From positions 288,001 through 352,000 of the forward strand of contig JBGAHS010000003.1 in assembly GCA_044226015.1 (NCBI GenBank): 64,000 nucleotides of DNA, in the 5' to 3' direction. The notes below the pieces were generated by a model, which saw nothing but the letters and a program-made list of their open reading frames with translations, did no database searches and was not told where the DNA came from. The DNA is from Candidatus Obscuribacteraceae bacterium. Its GTDB lineage: Bacteria > Cyanobacteriota > Vampirovibrionia > Obscuribacterales > Obscuribacteraceae. Below are positions 8,983 to 20,704 of this stretch, piece after piece; position 1 is the stretch's first letter, and the number at the start of each line of letters is the position of its first letter. The position numbers and the translations under genes were made by a program.

Positions 8983-11900
8983 ATGAAGAACACTATCTTT
9001 CCCTCTCATAAAGACCGCACAAATAGTACTCGGCTATTGTGCGCTCTGGCACTCTCCATCGGCATCATTAGCGCAGACTCTGCATTTGCAGACAATCTCA
9101 CGCCAGGTTCAAATAACAGCGGATTACTCGGCAATGTGCTTGGAGCAAATGGACTTCTACACAATGTCACTACATCGCTGCCAGGAACAGTCAACAATTT
9201 GACGGCACCTCTAAGCGGCGTTGCACCGCGCGCGGTGCCTGCAATAAACAACATTAGCAATTCGCTGATTCAGCCGGTAGCGGCTCCTCTCTCAAACATA
9301 ACTGGCAACCTTCCTATCAATAATATTTCGGGAAATCTGCCCATCAACAATGTTTCTCACACGCTACCGATATCTAATATCGGCAGCATGACTGGTAATC
9401 TCCCTGGCGTATTCTCCAGTGCAGCCAGCGCAGTTCAAAACGGCTCTACCGGCTCTCACCTGCACACAGGTCTTCCAAACAACATTCCTGGCACAAGCCA
9501 TCTAAACCATTCGCTAAACAATAAGCTCTTACAGCAAAATCAAAAGGCAAATAAGGTGAGCACACAGTTGTCCGTTCCAGGGCAAGTAACACTCATTCAA
9601 GATGCCTCGAGAATTCCCATATACAGCGTGCCAAGCGTAGCAGCAGCGCGCGGACTGAGTGCCATCAGCGGTAAGTTCACCGAGCTTCCAGTAGCAAAAC
9701 AGATGCCTTCATCGAGCCTTCACCCTAGAGCGGGCACAGAATTTATTCATGATGGCAGCGGCAATATTCAATTGCATCACGGCACGATGCTTGTTTCAGT
9801 GGCAAACCAAAAGCACTCAGGGCTTGTTCATACTCCAACTGGAGCGGTGTGGATAGGAAGGAAGGCAAACGTTATCATTCAACAGAATGACAATCTACTG
9901 CGCATTCAAAATCTAGATAGCATAGGACACAATGTTCGCCTGAACATCGGCTCAAAGCTAGATAAGCTAGAATCTATTGCCGTCGGTGCAGGATATGAAT
10001 TGGTTGCATCAAATTCGCCGCTTACTAGAGAACAGCTATTTCCCGCCGATGGAGTAGGTAGAAGAGCAAGCATTCTGGTCGGCAACGGCCACATTGGCGT
10101 GTCCGAAATCAATCTTGTCTCGCTTATAAAATCAACCCCAACCATTCTGGGTCTGCAACGGTCGAATGCTGAAGATAGACAACTCTTCAATACCCTTACA
10201 AAAACAGCGGCAGTACTCGACTTCACGCGGGGAAGAGTGGGCTTCATTAGTATTGCTCCGATTGTACAAGACCTTGGACAAACAGCACGAACTGTAACCA
10301 GAACGGTGACAGGAGTAGTGCGCAACGCGGCGTCGGATGTGCTGGGTATAGTATCAGATATTTTGCCAGGAACCGGGGGTGGAACGACACCACCGCCTGT
10401 GGTGCCCCCTGTCGTTCCTCCGGTTGTTCCACCCATCACACCGCCACCTCCCGGAACACCAGGCGGTCCAGGCGTGGGCAACGGAACTGGGTCATCAGCT
10501 CAGCAAGTTCTACCAAACGCCTCAGCTTCATTACCTGGAACAACAGTTGCACCAGTTGAACCATCGATCTTACAAGCAACCACATCGGAAAGTCGTTCAC
10601 CGGTAGTTCCAACCGACATAACTCCAATGTCCCGCCAATTCAAAGAAGACCGAGCGCAGCGGCAGCAGAGCCCTGCTTCATTGACGAAGTCACGATCGCA
10701 GGACAAACGGCAACTCGCACTTTTCCACGAGCAAGCACATCCAGCCGAAACGGCATCGGGCAGTCGCAGAGACAAAGAACAATCGAAGCAATGGCTCAGA
10801 CAAGACAATCAGCAAGACCCTTATGCTATGCCAGACTACCCATTCCTGAGCAATCTGGTCAGCCCAACGCATCACCCGTCCGCATCCAATCAAGCACCAA
10901 TTAAGGTTTCGTATCCGAGACATTTCATGTCTGCGGTAACGGAGAACGTCCGAAGGTTTCCAGAGTTCTTCATAGCGATGGCAGCAGCAATTGCTTTGCT
11001 ATTCATCGTTGCTTTATCTCTGGCTAGAACCGCTCTAACTCGCGCGCGACAGCTAAGCTCAACTAACGCTACTCTCAGCAAAGAAATTCAAGAACGCAAA
11101 CAGCTTGAATCAAAAACTCTTGAGCTTAACGAAGCGCTGGAAAGGAGACTTGATGAATTAGCACTGCTGAACAAAGAACTGGAGCAAGCGCGAGACCAAG
11201 CAGTAGAAGGCTCGCGCCTGAAGTCAGAATTCGTCGCGAATATGTCGCACGAAATTCGCACTCCTTTGAGCGCGGTCATCGGCATGAACTCACTTCTGCT
11301 GTCATCAAATAATCTCGATAAATCTGAAAAGGAATATGCAGAATCAGCAAATAGCGCTGCGCAATCACTCCTCATTTTAGTAAACGACATATTGGACTTT
11401 TCGAAGATGGAAGCAGGAAAATTGCAAGTCGAGTCAGTGCGATTCTCGCTGCCAGATCTTGTTAAAGAGGTCGTTGAAATGTTGACGCCCGAGGCGAAAC
11501 AAAAACAAATCGTCTTGAGAAGCCGCATCGATAGCGACCTGAGAACGTTTTATGTTGGGGATCCACTCCGCTTGCGGCAAGTTCTGGTCAATCTGGCGAA
11601 AAACGCACTGAAGTTTACTAACGACGGAGAGGTGTATATTTCTGTTGACCCTGCCAGGCAGAGCGCCGAATTAGACAACGTTCGATTCACTGTTTCCGAC
11701 ACAGGAATTGGCATTTCTGATGAGGCAAAGGATTTATTATTCCAACCTTTTGTTCAAGCTGATGGTTCCACCACACGAAGATTTGGAGGCACCGGATTGG
11801 GACTCTCCATAAGCAGAAAGCTGGTAGAACTAATGGGAGGTTCAATTCAGTTCAGAAGCGTTCTTGGAAAAGGTTCAAAATTTTGGTTTGACTTGCCATT

Positions 11901-12378
11901 GGAAGCAACAAAAGAAGAGAGCAAAACACAAGACGCCGTCGCAGCAAAAACCGAAGAACCATCATTGAAAGCACCACCATTGGCCGGCGCCGTGCTTGTA
12001 GCCGAGGACAGCCTCGTTATGCAACGACTCACTCGCCAGCTACTTGAAAAACTCGGATGTACTGTAAAGCTTGCATCAAACGGACAGGAAGCACTCGAAG
12101 CTGCGACGCATGAAAAGTTCAGCATTATCTTCATGGATTGGCAAATGCCAGAGCTAGACGGGCTTCAGGCAACTCAGAAGATTCGCGAAATTGAAGAGCA
12201 GCAGGGCGACCACACACCGATAATCGCGCTGACTGCCAATGCAATGCAGGGCGATAAGAAAACTTGCCTTGCTGCAGGAATGGATAGTTATTTGAGCAAG
12301 CCTTACAAAATCGAGGACTTACTGAGCAAAATTCACAAGTATGCAAGAAAAGAAGAAGAACAGAAGGCTCAAGATTAA
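8983..12378 (+). CDS. Hybrid sensor histidine kinase/response regulator with a very large extracytoplasmic region
   Basis: Signal peptide, repeat and Pro-rich regions, one TM, coiled coil; H-box [12 protein letters not shown]-box [22 protein letters not shown]; receiver with AED..MDWQMP..KP. Confidence 0.92.
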   Translation: MKNTIFPSHKDRTNSTRLLCALALSIGIISADSAFADNLTPGSNNSGLLGNVLGANGLLHNVTTSLPGTVNNLTAPLSGVAPRAVPAINNISNSLIQPVAAPLSNITGNLPINNISGNLPINNVSHTLPISNIGSMTGNLPGVFSSAASAVQNGSTGSHLHTGLPNNIPGTSHLNHSLNNKLLQQNQKANKVSTQLSVPGQVTLIQDASRIPIYSVPSVAAARGLSAISGKFTELPVAKQMPSSSLHPRAGTEFIHDGSGNIQLHHGTMLVSVANQKHSGLVHTPTGAVWIGRKANVIIQQNDNLLRIQNLDSIGHNVRLNIGSKLDKLESIAVGAGYELVASNSPLTREQLFPADGVGRRASILVGNGHIGVSEINLVSLIKSTPTILGLQRSNAEDRQLFNTLTKTAAVLDFTRGRVGFISIAPIVQDLGQTARTVTRTVTGVVRNAASDVLGIVSDILPGTGGGTTPPPVVPPVVPPVVPPITPPPPGTPGGPGVGNGTGSSAQQVLPNASASLPGTTVAPVEPSILQATTSESRSPVVPTDITPMSRQFKEDRAQRQQSPASLTKSRSQDKRQLALFHEQAHPAETASGSRRDKEQSKQWLRQDNQQDPYAMPDYPFLSNLVSPTHHPSASNQAPIKVSYPRHFMSAVTENVRRFPEFFIAMAAAIALLFIVALSLARTALTRARQLSSTNATLSKEIQERKQLESKTLELNEALERRLDELALLNKELEQARDQAVEGSRLKSEFVANMSHEIRTPLSAVIGMNSLLLSSNNLDKSEKEYAESANSAAQSLLILVNDILDFSKMEAGKLQVESVRFSLPDLVKEVVEMLTPEAKQKQIVLRSRIDSDLRTFYVGDPLRLRQVLVNLAKNALKFTNDGEVYISVDPARQSAELDNVRFTVSDTGIGISDEAKDLLFQPFVQADGSTTRRFGGTGLGLSISRKLVELMGGSIQFRSVLGKGSKFWFDLPLEATKEESKTQDAVAAKTEEPSLKAPPLAGAVLVAEDSLVMQRLTRQLLEKLGCTVKLASNGQEALEAATHEKFSIIFMDWQMPELDGLQATQKIREIEEQQGDHTPIIALTANAMQGDKKTCLAAGMDSYLSKPYKIEDLLSKIHKYARKEEEQKAQD

Positions 12379-12431
12379 TAAATTGGAGAGACAAAAAAGA
12401 TAGAATTCCCTGACCGAACCGGGGATCCTAA

Positions 12432-13112
12432 GTGAAGTTTGACATTTCAAGAAGGCGTTTCACACAGATAGCAATCGCGAATGCTTCACTCGCGGCACTT
12501 GTTAGACTCGACTCTAAAGCAGCAAAAAGTTCGGTGGAATCAGGTTCTCAGCCGCCGTTTCCAAGGGGCTCACTAGTGGATATTCAACTAAAAATAAATG
12601 GGGAATCGCATTCGATAAAAAATGTCGATACTCGAACAACCTTGCTCGACCTCTTGCGAAATCAGCTTGATTTAACAGGAAGCAAGAAGGGCTGCGACCA
12701 CGGTCAGTGTGGCGCATGCACCGTACTTATTGACGGCAAAAGAATGAACTCATGTTTCCTGCTTGCAGTGATGCAAGAAGGAAAGGAAATTACTACGATT
12801 GAAGGATTGTCCAACGGAGACCATTTGCATCCACTGCAAGAAGCTTTTATTGAGCACGACGGCTTTCAGTGCGGTTATTGCACCTCAGGTCAAATAATGT
12901 CGGCGCTAGGTTTGATAAACGAACCTTGCGGTCACACAGACTCTGATGTTCGCGAGTGCATGAGCGGAAATCTATGCCGCTGTGGAGCTTACCCAAATAT
13001 CATCGCCGCGATACAAGATGTGCGAAAACAATCAAGGACAGGAGAACTCAATTTAGACGCCTGGCTTTCCGCTTCATCATGTAGCAATCAGCAATCAGGG
13101 GGCAAAAACTGA
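12432..13112 (+). CDS. paoA: Molybdo-aldehyde oxidoreductase 2Fe-2S subunit (PaoA/YagT-like) with Tat signal
   Basis: SRRRF twin-arginine motif; GCDHGQCGACTV, QCGYCT and CRC motifs. Confidence 0.88.
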   Translation: MKFDISRRRFTQIAIANASLAALVRLDSKAAKSSVESGSQPPFPRGSLVDIQLKINGESHSIKNVDTRTTLLDLLRNQLDLTGSKKGCDHGQCGACTVLIDGKRMNSCFLLAVMQEGKEITTIEGLSNGDHLHPLQEAFIEHDGFQCGYCTSGQIMSALGLINEPCGHTDSDVRECMSGNLCRCGAYPNIIAAIQDVRKQSRTGELNLDAWLSASSCSNQQSGGKN

Positions 13113-14095
13113 TGCACCCCTTTGATTACAGCAAAGCCACTACAATTGAGCAAGCAAGAAAAGCTCTGAGTGAAAATAGCAACACAGCATTCATCGCCGG
13201 TGGTACCACTCTGCTAGACCTGATGAAACTGAATATCGAAAGGCCTGAGCGATTGCTCGACATCAATCGGCTAGACCTCCACGAAATCGACCTATCAGAA
13301 GATAAAGTAATCATCGGCGCCCTGGTAACCAACAGTGCCCTTGCCCACAACAAAGAGGTGCAGAGAAGATTTCCAGTTCTATCAGAGAGCATTCTTGCAG
13401 GGGCTTCCGCACAGCTTCGAAACATGGCTACAGTAGGCGGAAATGTTATGCAAAAGACTCGATGCTACTATTTCCGAGACAGCGCATTTCCGTGCAACAA
13501 ACGTGTACCAGGGTCGGGCTGTCCCGCTATTGACGGTTACAACAGAATGCACGCTGTTCTTGGGGGAAGCGACGACTGCGTGGCCACACACGGCTCAGAC
13601 ATGTGCGTGGCGCTGCTCGCTCTGGAAGCGAAGCTGCATATTGACGGCTCAAATGGAAAACGTGTTATTCCACTTGAAGAGTTTTATCTGCTGCCAGGCT
13701 CTACACCCCACAAAGAGAATCTCTTGCAGCCAGGCGAAATTATCACGGCAGTCGAAATCAGCGATAAGCCATTCTCACACCTGTCACATTACATTAAAGT
13801 CAGAGACCGGGCATCCTACGCTTTCGCCTTGAGTTCCGTCGCAGTAGCTCTAGAATTAGACGGCGACACTGTTAAAGATTGCCGCATCGCGCTTGGTGGA
13901 GTCGCGACAAAACCATGGCGCTGTAGCGAAGCGGAAAAGTTTTTGAAAGGACAAAAGTTTTCGCAGCAGGCTTTGACAAAATGCGCAGATGTCGCCCTTG
14001 AAGGAGCGAGAGGACTCAAACACAACTCCTTCAAAATTGAACTAACGAAACGAACTCTGGTCAGAGCCCTGAGCAATCTGGGGGCAAAAGCATGA
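13112..14095 (+). CDS. paoB: Molybdo-aldehyde oxidoreductase FAD subunit (PaoB/YagS-like)
   Basis: AGGTTLLDLMK, RNMATVGGN, RCYYFRD..CNKR..GSGC, KVRDRASYAFAL. Confidence 0.9.
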   Translation: MHPFDYSKATTIEQARKALSENSNTAFIAGGTTLLDLMKLNIERPERLLDINRLDLHEIDLSEDKVIIGALVTNSALAHNKEVQRRFPVLSESILAGASAQLRNMATVGGNVMQKTRCYYFRDSAFPCNKRVPGSGCPAIDGYNRMHAVLGGSDDCVATHGSDMCVALLALEAKLHIDGSNGKRVIPLEEFYLLPGSTPHKENLLQPGEIITAVEISDKPFSHLSHYIKVRDRASYAFALSSVAVALELDGDTVKDCRIALGGVATKPWRCSEAEKFLKGQKFSQQALTKCADVALEGARGLKHNSFKIELTKRTLVRALSNLGAKA

Positions 14096-16302
14096 ACAGC
14101 AAATTAGAAAAAAATGTCGGCAAGGCGGTTGATCGCGTCGATGGGCGCCTCAAAGTGACGGGGCTGGCAAAGTATGCTGCCGAGTATCCAAAGGACAATC
14201 TCGCGCATGCATTTTTGGTTCAAAGCACCATAAGTAGTGGCAAAATCAAAAGCATCGACAGCAGCAGGGCAGAAGCAGTAACAGGCGTCATCGCTGTAAT
14301 AACATATAAAAACGCCCCCAAGCTTCCACCAAAGAACAATGCCAACTTCGACGACTCATTGCACTTGCTTCAAAGCAATGAGATTTTTCATGACCGCCAA
14401 AATATTGGTGTAGTCGTGGCAGAAACTTTGGAGACAGCAAGGTACGCAGCTTCGCTTTTACAAGTCGAATATTCTAAAAAAGCTGTCGATGTAGACTTGG
14501 CAAAGAACCTGAGTAAAGCAAAATATGCAGAAGGGAAGAAGAACTCTCTTAAAACCCGAGGCGATTTCCAGAATGGGCTAGCTTCAGCCGATGTGAAGAT
14601 TGAAAGCACCTACGTCACTCCAGCAGAAATGCATTCGATGATGGAGCCCCACGCCACAACTGCAGAATGGGATGGCAACAATCTCCATATCTGGGAAAGC
14701 ACACAAGCAATCTTCAACACGAGAAACAAAGTAGCCAAAGCCTTCGGACTAGCAGCGGCAAAAGTGCGTGTAAGCACAGAATTCCTGGGCGGAGGTTTTG
14801 GCTCTAAGTTGGAATGCTGGTCAGGAACCATTCTGGCGGTTCTCGCAGCAAAAATGACACAGCGACCCGTTCGACTCGCGTTAACGCGAGAACAGACCTA
14901 CGGCAACACTGGTAACCGCCCGCAGACTGTTCAGAACCTGATTTATGCAGCCGATAAGAAGGGAAAACTTACCGCCATAAAGCATGAATGCATATCTGAG
15001 AATTGCCGATTTACCGATTTTTCGGAAGACGGCTCAACTGTCTCAACTCATCTTTATTCGTGCCCGAACGTAGTCACAGAATCAAAAGTAGTGGCTCTCG
15101 ACATTAGCAAACCAATCTGGATGCGAGCCCCGGGTGACTGTCCTGGCATGTATGCTGTTGAATGCGCAATGGATGAACTAGCTCACACTTTAAAAATGGA
15201 CCCATTGGAAATTCGTCTACTGAATTACTCAGAGAAAGACGAAAGTTGCGACTTGCCGTGGTCAAGCAAAAGCTTGAAACAATGTTATGAGCAAGGTGCC
15301 AAACTTTTCGGCTGGAACGAACGTAAGCTTGAACCGTCTTCGATGAAATATCACAACAAGCTCGTTGGCTGGGGCATGTCATCGGCAATGCACGGGGCCT
15401 ACCGCATGGAGGCGGGTGCCAAACTTGTTCTAAAAGAAGATGGCAGTGTCACCATAAGCAGTGGCACGCAAGACATTGGTACCGGCACCTACACGATTAT
15501 GACCCAGATTGCCGCTGATGCTTTGGGCTTGCCTTTGGAAAAGGTTCGATTCGAGTTAGGCGACACAAACATGCCAGAAGCACCGCTTAGTGGCGGCTCC
15601 ATGACTGCAGCCACAGCGGGTTCGGCAGTTCATGGTATTTGCCATAATGCAATTGAAAAGCTAAAAGAATTCCTCGTTCAAGAAAAGGGCACAATATTTT
15701 CCGACGCAAACAAAGGCGAACTCTGCGCGCGAAATGAAGGCATTTACCTCGCATCACAAGAAGGCAAGGGTGAATCCTACGTTTCGATATTAAAGCGCTT
15801 ACCCGAGAAACAACTGCTTGTCGAAGCGAAGTTCTCTCCAGATTCGAAGCAACTGGACAAATACTCCAAATACTCATTCGGTGCGCATTTCGCTGAAGTA
15901 ATGGTAGATGCCGAGCTCGGAATTGTTCGAGTCACACGCTTCGTGTCAGCAATTTCAGCAGGCAAGATTATCAATCCTAAGACTGCTGCCAATCAAATCA
16001 AAGGTGGGGTCATATTCGGTATCGGCATGGCTTTGACAGAGGCTCTTCTTCGCGACGAGAAAACCGGGCGAACAATCAATGCAGACCTCGGCGAATATCA
16101 CCTTCCTGTCCACGCAGACATTCCGAACATCGAAGTAGTTTTTGTTGATGAGAAAGACGATGTTGTAAATCCACTCGGAGTAAAGGGTGTTGGTGAAATT
16201 GCCGTTATCGGTGTTGCAGCGGCAATCGCAAATGCGATATTCCATGCAACAGGAAAACGAGTTCGCGAACTTCCAATTACTCTGGACAAACTTTTGACCT
16301 GA
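14092..16302 (+). CDS. paoC: Molybdo-aldehyde oxidoreductase Mo-cofactor subunit (PaoC/YagR-like)
   Basis: [42 protein letters not shown]. Confidence 0.9.
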   Translation: MNSKLEKNVGKAVDRVDGRLKVTGLAKYAAEYPKDNLAHAFLVQSTISSGKIKSIDSSRAEAVTGVIAVITYKNAPKLPPKNNANFDDSLHLLQSNEIFHDRQNIGVVVAETLETARYAASLLQVEYSKKAVDVDLAKNLSKAKYAEGKKNSLKTRGDFQNGLASADVKIESTYVTPAEMHSMMEPHATTAEWDGNNLHIWESTQAIFNTRNKVAKAFGLAAAKVRVSTEFLGGGFGSKLECWSGTILAVLAAKMTQRPVRLALTREQTYGNTGNRPQTVQNLIYAADKKGKLTAIKHECISENCRFTDFSEDGSTVSTHLYSCPNVVTESKVVALDISKPIWMRAPGDCPGMYAVECAMDELAHTLKMDPLEIRLLNYSEKDESCDLPWSSKSLKQCYEQGAKLFGWNERKLEPSSMKYHNKLVGWGMSSAMHGAYRMEAGAKLVLKEDGSVTISSGTQDIGTGTYTIMTQIAADALGLPLEKVRFELGDTNMPEAPLSGGSMTAATAGSAVHGICHNAIEKLKEFLVQEKGTIFSDANKGELCARNEGIYLASQEGKGESYVSILKRLPEKQLLVEAKFSPDSKQLDKYSKYSFGAHFAEVMVDAELGIVRVTRFVSAISAGKIINPKTAANQIKGGVIFGIGMALTEALLRDEKTGRTINADLGEYHLPVHADIPNIEVVFVDEKDDVVNPLGVKGVGEIAVIGVAAAIANAIFHATGKRVRELPITLDKLLT

Positions 16303-16316
16303 ACAGGAGAATAGCC

Positions 16317-16904
16317 ATGTCAGCAAAGAAGATCCTCATGATCGTTGGAGACTTTGTAGAGGACTATGAAACGATGGTTCCCTACCAGATGCTACTTATG
16401 GTGGGGCATTCAGTTGATGTAGTTTGCCCACAAAAGAAAACTGATGAGCGAGTAAAGACTGCGATTCACGATTTCGAGGGAGATCAGACATACACTGAAA
16501 AGCCGGGTCATCTGTTTAAGCTAACTGCCGACTTTGAGAAAATCGATGAAACACAGTATGATGCGCTGGTCTTGCCTGGCGGCAGAGCACCAGAATATTT
16601 GCGCCTGAATCAGCGTGTTTTGGAAATCGTCCATCACTTTTTCAAACATAATAAGCCGGTTGCAGCAATCTGTCATGGTCCCCAAATCCTCGCGGCAGCT
16701 GGCGTACTGGAAGGACGGCAATGCACCGCCTATGTAGCCTGCCAGCCGGAAGTCTTCCGCGCGGGAGCCACCTGGATAGAACCAAGCACAAGCGCAGACA
16801 ACGCCCACATAGATGGCAACCTGGTCACCGCAGTTGCGTGGCCAGGTCATCCACAATGGATGCGCAAGTTCATGAAATTGCTCGGCAGCAAAATCGAAGC
16901 CTGA
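16317..16904 (+). CDS. DJ-1/PfpI family protein
   Basis: [23 protein letters not shown] (catalytic Cys), AWPGHP. Confidence 0.92.
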   Translation: MSAKKILMIVGDFVEDYETMVPYQMLLMVGHSVDVVCPQKKTDERVKTAIHDFEGDQTYTEKPGHLFKLTADFEKIDETQYDALVLPGGRAPEYLRLNQRVLEIVHHFFKHNKPVAAICHGPQILAAAGVLEGRQCTAYVACQPEVFRAGATWIEPSTSADNAHIDGNLVTAVAWPGHPQWMRKFMKLLGSKIEA

Positions 16905-16968
16905 ATTCGTCGTCGAAATTGAAGTTGAAATCGAACTTGAATTTCATTGAACTTAGCGCAGATGAGGT

Positions 16969-18663
16969 TTAGTCTTTCTTCGCTGGTTGCTGAATTAGCG
17001 CAGAATTTTCTCCGTAACGACGTTGATAGAAATCAAGCATTTGCTTGCGCTGATCCGACGACAGCCCATTAATCCATTGATGGTCAGGTGTTGCCAGCTC
17101 GGCTGCAATGAGTTTTTTCAATTCCTCGTCATGATTCTTCTCTGCTATTTCTTTTGCTAATGGCAGGAAGTGGAAATAGAAATTACGAGCAACTTCGAAA
17201 GCACCGTGCCATTGCGTATAATCTGGACCCATCATGCTTGCGCCCATGCGCATGCGTCTTCCTTCATGATGCCAGAGTTCATAGAACTTCCATTCAATAT
17301 CGCTTCCAAAAGGAACTTTGGTATCAATATAGTTATGAGCCTTGATGTAGTTCATGATTTTGGTTGCAGGTTCTGCAAACTTGCCGTTGTACAAGGCAAC
17401 CAGAGCATCGTATTGTGCATAGAAGTTCTTGATGTGAGTCGGTCCGTGGCAAGCACTACAGACTTCCTGCATTCTCTTCCGTTTGTCTTCAGCCGAGAGA
17501 GTTATCTTCTTAACCTCACCAAGTTCATCAAGAACCGCAGAGTGAGAAGTCGTTAGTTTGCTAACGATTGGTCGCAGAGTGTAGCTGATTCTCAACCCAA
17601 CGTCATGGGTAACAGGTTGAGTACGAGTAGCAGACATGTGACATGTAGCGCATGTCGGAGCAGCTGAATAATCCTTACCGACAATCCATGTAGGATGGTC
17701 TAATTTCATGTCAGATAGCCTGTTTCGAAATGCAATGCCGTGCTTGCTTTCGTTATAAATTTCGATCTGTGGATGGTCCGGACCCATGTGACATTTTCCG
17801 CAGTTATCAGGCTGGCGAGACAACGCCTTGCTAAAGTTGTGGCGTCCATGACATGCATTGCAACTACCCATGGTGCCATCGGGGTTTATACGCCCCATTC
17901 CCGAGTTAGGCCAGGTATCTTTGTCAATCGAGATGCCTGCTGTCTCTGGCTTCAACTCTTTGTTTTCAAATGGCTTAAAATCTTCAACAACGATTTTCTT
18001 CATCTCGTCGCGGAGAAGATCTTTCTCAACCATCGGATCTTTTCCAAGCTCTTTCATTTTGTTCAGGGCTTTTGTCGACACGTCTTCCATATCAAGTTTA
18101 AATTCACTGCCATCGGTGAAGTGCTTGGTTATCTTCATACGACTGCCGTGACATTGCTTACAACCAGAAACAGTTGCCTGGTGCCCTTCTACAAACGCTC
18201 CCAGATAATTGTCCAGAGAACCGATAAACAATGAAGCTGTGGCATGGTGGCTGCCCATAAATTCCACAGTTTGTTGGTTGTGACACTTGGCGCAATCGCC
18301 AGGAGTGACGATACTCGATATGTAAGTTCCCTTGTGAAGCCACGAATCAGGATCACTCTTTTCAGCGCCGTGACAATTAGAACAAGTCACTCCCATCTTC
18401 GCATGCTTGGAAGAATGCCATTGCTCTACGGTGCCAGGACTGACTGTTTCAGCGTGACATTTTATACATGCTTCCTGCTTAGGTTCGCCAGATTTCGCTG
18501 GCGTCTTTGATGCAGTTGATTTCGCGCTTACGGCAGGTTTCTTAGCTTGCACTTTAACCGCTAATTTAGTTTTTGCGCTCTTTGAATTTTCTGCAAGGGC
18601 AGAAACAGCGCCAATATAAAATGGCACTAGAGTACAAACCAGAAGTGTCGTTTTGATTTTCAT
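16969..18663 (-). CDS. Octaheme cytochrome c, hydroxylamine oxidoreductase (HAO) family, probably reductive type
   Basis: Signal peptide; eight CxxCH motifs (CIKCH, CSNCH, CAKCH, CKQCH, CNACH, CGKCH, CATCH, CSACH); GPDHPQIEIYxESKHG; WHHEGRR..GPDYTQWHG. Confidence 0.88.
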   Translation of the reverse strand: MKIKTTLLVCTLVPFYIGAVSALAENSKSAKTKLAVKVQAKKPAVSAKSTASKTPAKSGEPKQEACIKCHAETVSPGTVEQWHSSKHAKMGVTCSNCHGAEKSDPDSWLHKGTYISSIVTPGDCAKCHNQQTVEFMGSHHATASLFIGSLDNYLGAFVEGHQATVSGCKQCHGSRMKITKHFTDGSEFKLDMEDVSTKALNKMKELGKDPMVEKDLLRDEMKKIVVEDFKPFENKELKPETAGISIDKDTWPNSGMGRINPDGTMGSCNACHGRHNFSKALSRQPDNCGKCHMGPDHPQIEIYNESKHGIAFRNRLSDMKLDHPTWIVGKDYSAAPTCATCHMSATRTQPVTHDVGLRISYTLRPIVSKLTTSHSAVLDELGEVKKITLSAEDKRKRMQEVCSACHGPTHIKNFYAQYDALVALYNGKFAEPATKIMNYIKAHNYIDTKVPFGSDIEWKFYELWHHEGRRMRMGASMMGPDYTQWHGAFEVARNFYFHFLPLAKEIAEKNHDEELKKLIAAELATPDHQWINGLSSDQRKQMLDFYQRRYGENSALIQQPAKKD

Positions 18664-18970
18664 TGCTGGATATCTCCTCGTTTTGAGTATAGAAAGGCAG
18701 AAATCAGCACGTAACTGGTGACAAACTCGACACCAGGCACCCGAAATGGTTAAAAGGCTTGCACAATTTGGCTTAAGCGACGAAGAGGTATTCAGAGGAT
18801 GATTCTTCGGACTCTCAAAAGATCAAAAATAGATCAGCCTTAGGAATCATGTGGACAAATATATATTGTGGTCTAATTATCTAAATTAGCACTCTGAAAT
18901 GAGCGTAAAAGCTTGTACACACGATGTTTCAGGAGTCGGTTCAGCAGGTTTCAAAGAAGGGAGACAGATA

Positions 18971-19291
18971 ATGTCCGGGGCAAAATTCACGAGTTTTATC
19001 GGCTGGGTCTGCACAGTTTGCCTGCTCAGTATTCTCATGTTCAATTCAGCGCAAGCGGACGATAAAGCAGGAGAGAAGCTGTTTAACAATAACTGCGCTT
19101 CCTGCCACCGAGATGGAAAAAACTCGATTGATGCGAAAAAACCCGTGGTGGGTTCAAAGAAATTGGCTAGTAAAGCTGATTTCAAATCGTTCCTCGCAGT
19201 AAAAAATGGAATGATGCCACCATTCAAAGCAATTGCTGACAAAGACGAAGCTCTCACAGCGTTATACAACTACGCCAAAACATTGAAGTAA
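18971..19291 (+). CDS. Small class I (c6-like) monoheme cytochrome c
   Basis: Signal peptide (AQA|DD), GEKLFxxNCASCH, distal Met in KNGMMPPF; GGGAG RBS before 18971. Confidence 0.85.
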   Translation: MSGAKFTSFIGWVCTVCLLSILMFNSAQADDKAGEKLFNNNCASCHRDGKNSIDAKKPVVGSKKLASKADFKSFLAVKNGMMPPFKAIADKDEALTALYNYAKTLK

Positions 19292-19327
19292 GCAGAGCCA
19301 GCGTCGCCTCACGTTCAAGGTTCCAGA

Positions 19328-20704
19328 ATGCATGAAGAAAGTAATCAAACAAATCTTTCGCCTCTAAAAAAAGTCATTGATGGTCTTGCCAGCCTTGAGC
19401 TAACAATCATCTCCATTGTTCTTCTTGTACTCTTAGTCCTTGCCGGGGCATGGATTCCACAAGAAAGCACTGTTGACCAGGCTGCTCTGTTGGCGAAATA
19501 TGGAACAGATGGCATGGCGATGTTGAAGAACAGCGGGCTGCTTAACGTCTATGCTTCGACACCATTTTTAGCAGCGGTCGGATTGCTCTTCGTTAACTTG
19601 ATGGCTTGCACAGTAGCCAGAATGGCTCCAAGAATTCGTCGTCGACTGCGACAACAAGACTTTTATGACAGCGAAACGATCGCTTCATTCAAAGAAGTCT
19701 TGAACTCAGACTTGCCGCTATCAACAAGTGAAGCGAGCAGTTTCCTGCATACAAAAATGCGCGACCTGGGTTATCACGTTTGTCAAAGAGACAATCAATT
19801 CATTTTTGAGAAAGGCAGATCTGGCTGGCTTGCAGCGCCAATCACACATCTGGGACTTTTCGTTTTACTTGCAGGTGTAGCGATAACGGCCACTACATCA
19901 TACTCAGGACGTTTCACTCTTATGGAAGGAGAGGCGACAACTCTGAGCGAACATATTGAGAAAAAACCATTGTTTGGAACCATTCCAGAAATAAACATCA
20001 AACTCTTGTCCACGCGACGCGAAGACAACAAAGATGGCTCACCCAAGCAATGGCATAGCAAATTATCTATGACATCGCCTGCGGTGGCAACACCGGCTGA
20101 ACCTGAAATTTCGGTAAATAATCCAAGCACATTTAACAACGTTGATTTTAACCAATCAGATTGGAAAATCGCAGGAGTAAGAGTACTTCTAGCTGACAAT
20201 GACATCAATGTGCCCACAGAAGAAATGGGACACGACAGCATGGGGGTCGTTCCTATCTCGGACAAACTGATGATGGTGCTTGCGCTGAAAGATGCAAACG
20301 CGCCCTTACGTGTTTATTTCAAGCACTCCCAGTCTAATATGCCGAAGCTATTCACCAGCCTGACTAAAGGTGAAACGACCAAAGACTGCCCACTACCAGT
20401 GAAGTATGAGGGCACCATATTGAGTTCAGGAATTCAATTCAAAAGCGATCCTGGACTGCCTGTAACCTATGCCTCCTTTTTCATTCTTATGATTGGCGCA
20501 TTTTTCGTCGCGATGCCAAGCCAACGAATATGGGGCAGCATCAGTGAAACTGCCTGCAACCGTTCTCAAATAAGCATCGGATTTTCCGGCTTGAAAGCGC
20601 TGAACATGATGAAACGTGATTTGAGACAGATTGAGCGCTCAGCGAAAGAGCTAAGCAACACTTCGGAATGCGAACGACTGGAGGTAGGAAGCCTTGACTC
20701 TTGA
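19328..20704 (+). CDS. ccsB: Cytochrome c biogenesis protein ResB/CcsB (system II)
   Basis: N-terminal TMs, IPQ, NLMAC, ITHLG, ISVNxP, DPGLP plus TM. Confidence 0.85.
   Translation: MHEESNQTNLSPLKKVIDGLASLELTIISIVLLVLLVLAGAWIPQESTVDQAALLAKYGTDGMAMLKNSGLLNVYASTPFLAAVGLLFVNLMACTVARMAPRIRRRLRQQDFYDSETIASFKEVLNSDLPLSTSEASSFLHTKMRDLGYHVCQRDNQFIFEKGRSGWLAAPITHLGLFVLLAGVAITATTSYSGRFTLMEGEATTLSEHIEKKPLFGTIPEINIKLLSTRREDNKDGSPKQWHSKLSMTSPAVATPAEPEISVNNPSTFNNVDFNQSDWKIAGVRVLLADNDINVPTEEMGHDSMGVVPISDKLMMVLALKDANAPLRVYFKHSQSNMPKLFTSLTKGETTKDCPLPVKYEGTILSSGIQFKSDPGLPVTYASFFILMIGAFFVAMPSQRIWGSISETACNRSQISIGFSGLKALNMMKRDLRQIERSAKELSNTSECERLEVGSLDS

Noticed and set aside
16969..18663. Evidence for ammonia oxidation or anammox
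   Set aside because: No amo, cycA/cycB or hzs genes are present, and the cross-link Tyr appears to be absent.
18664..18970. FNR/CRP-type site in the hao-cyt c divergent promoter
   Set aside because: Only half-sites and an AT-rich near-palindrome; no full consensus.
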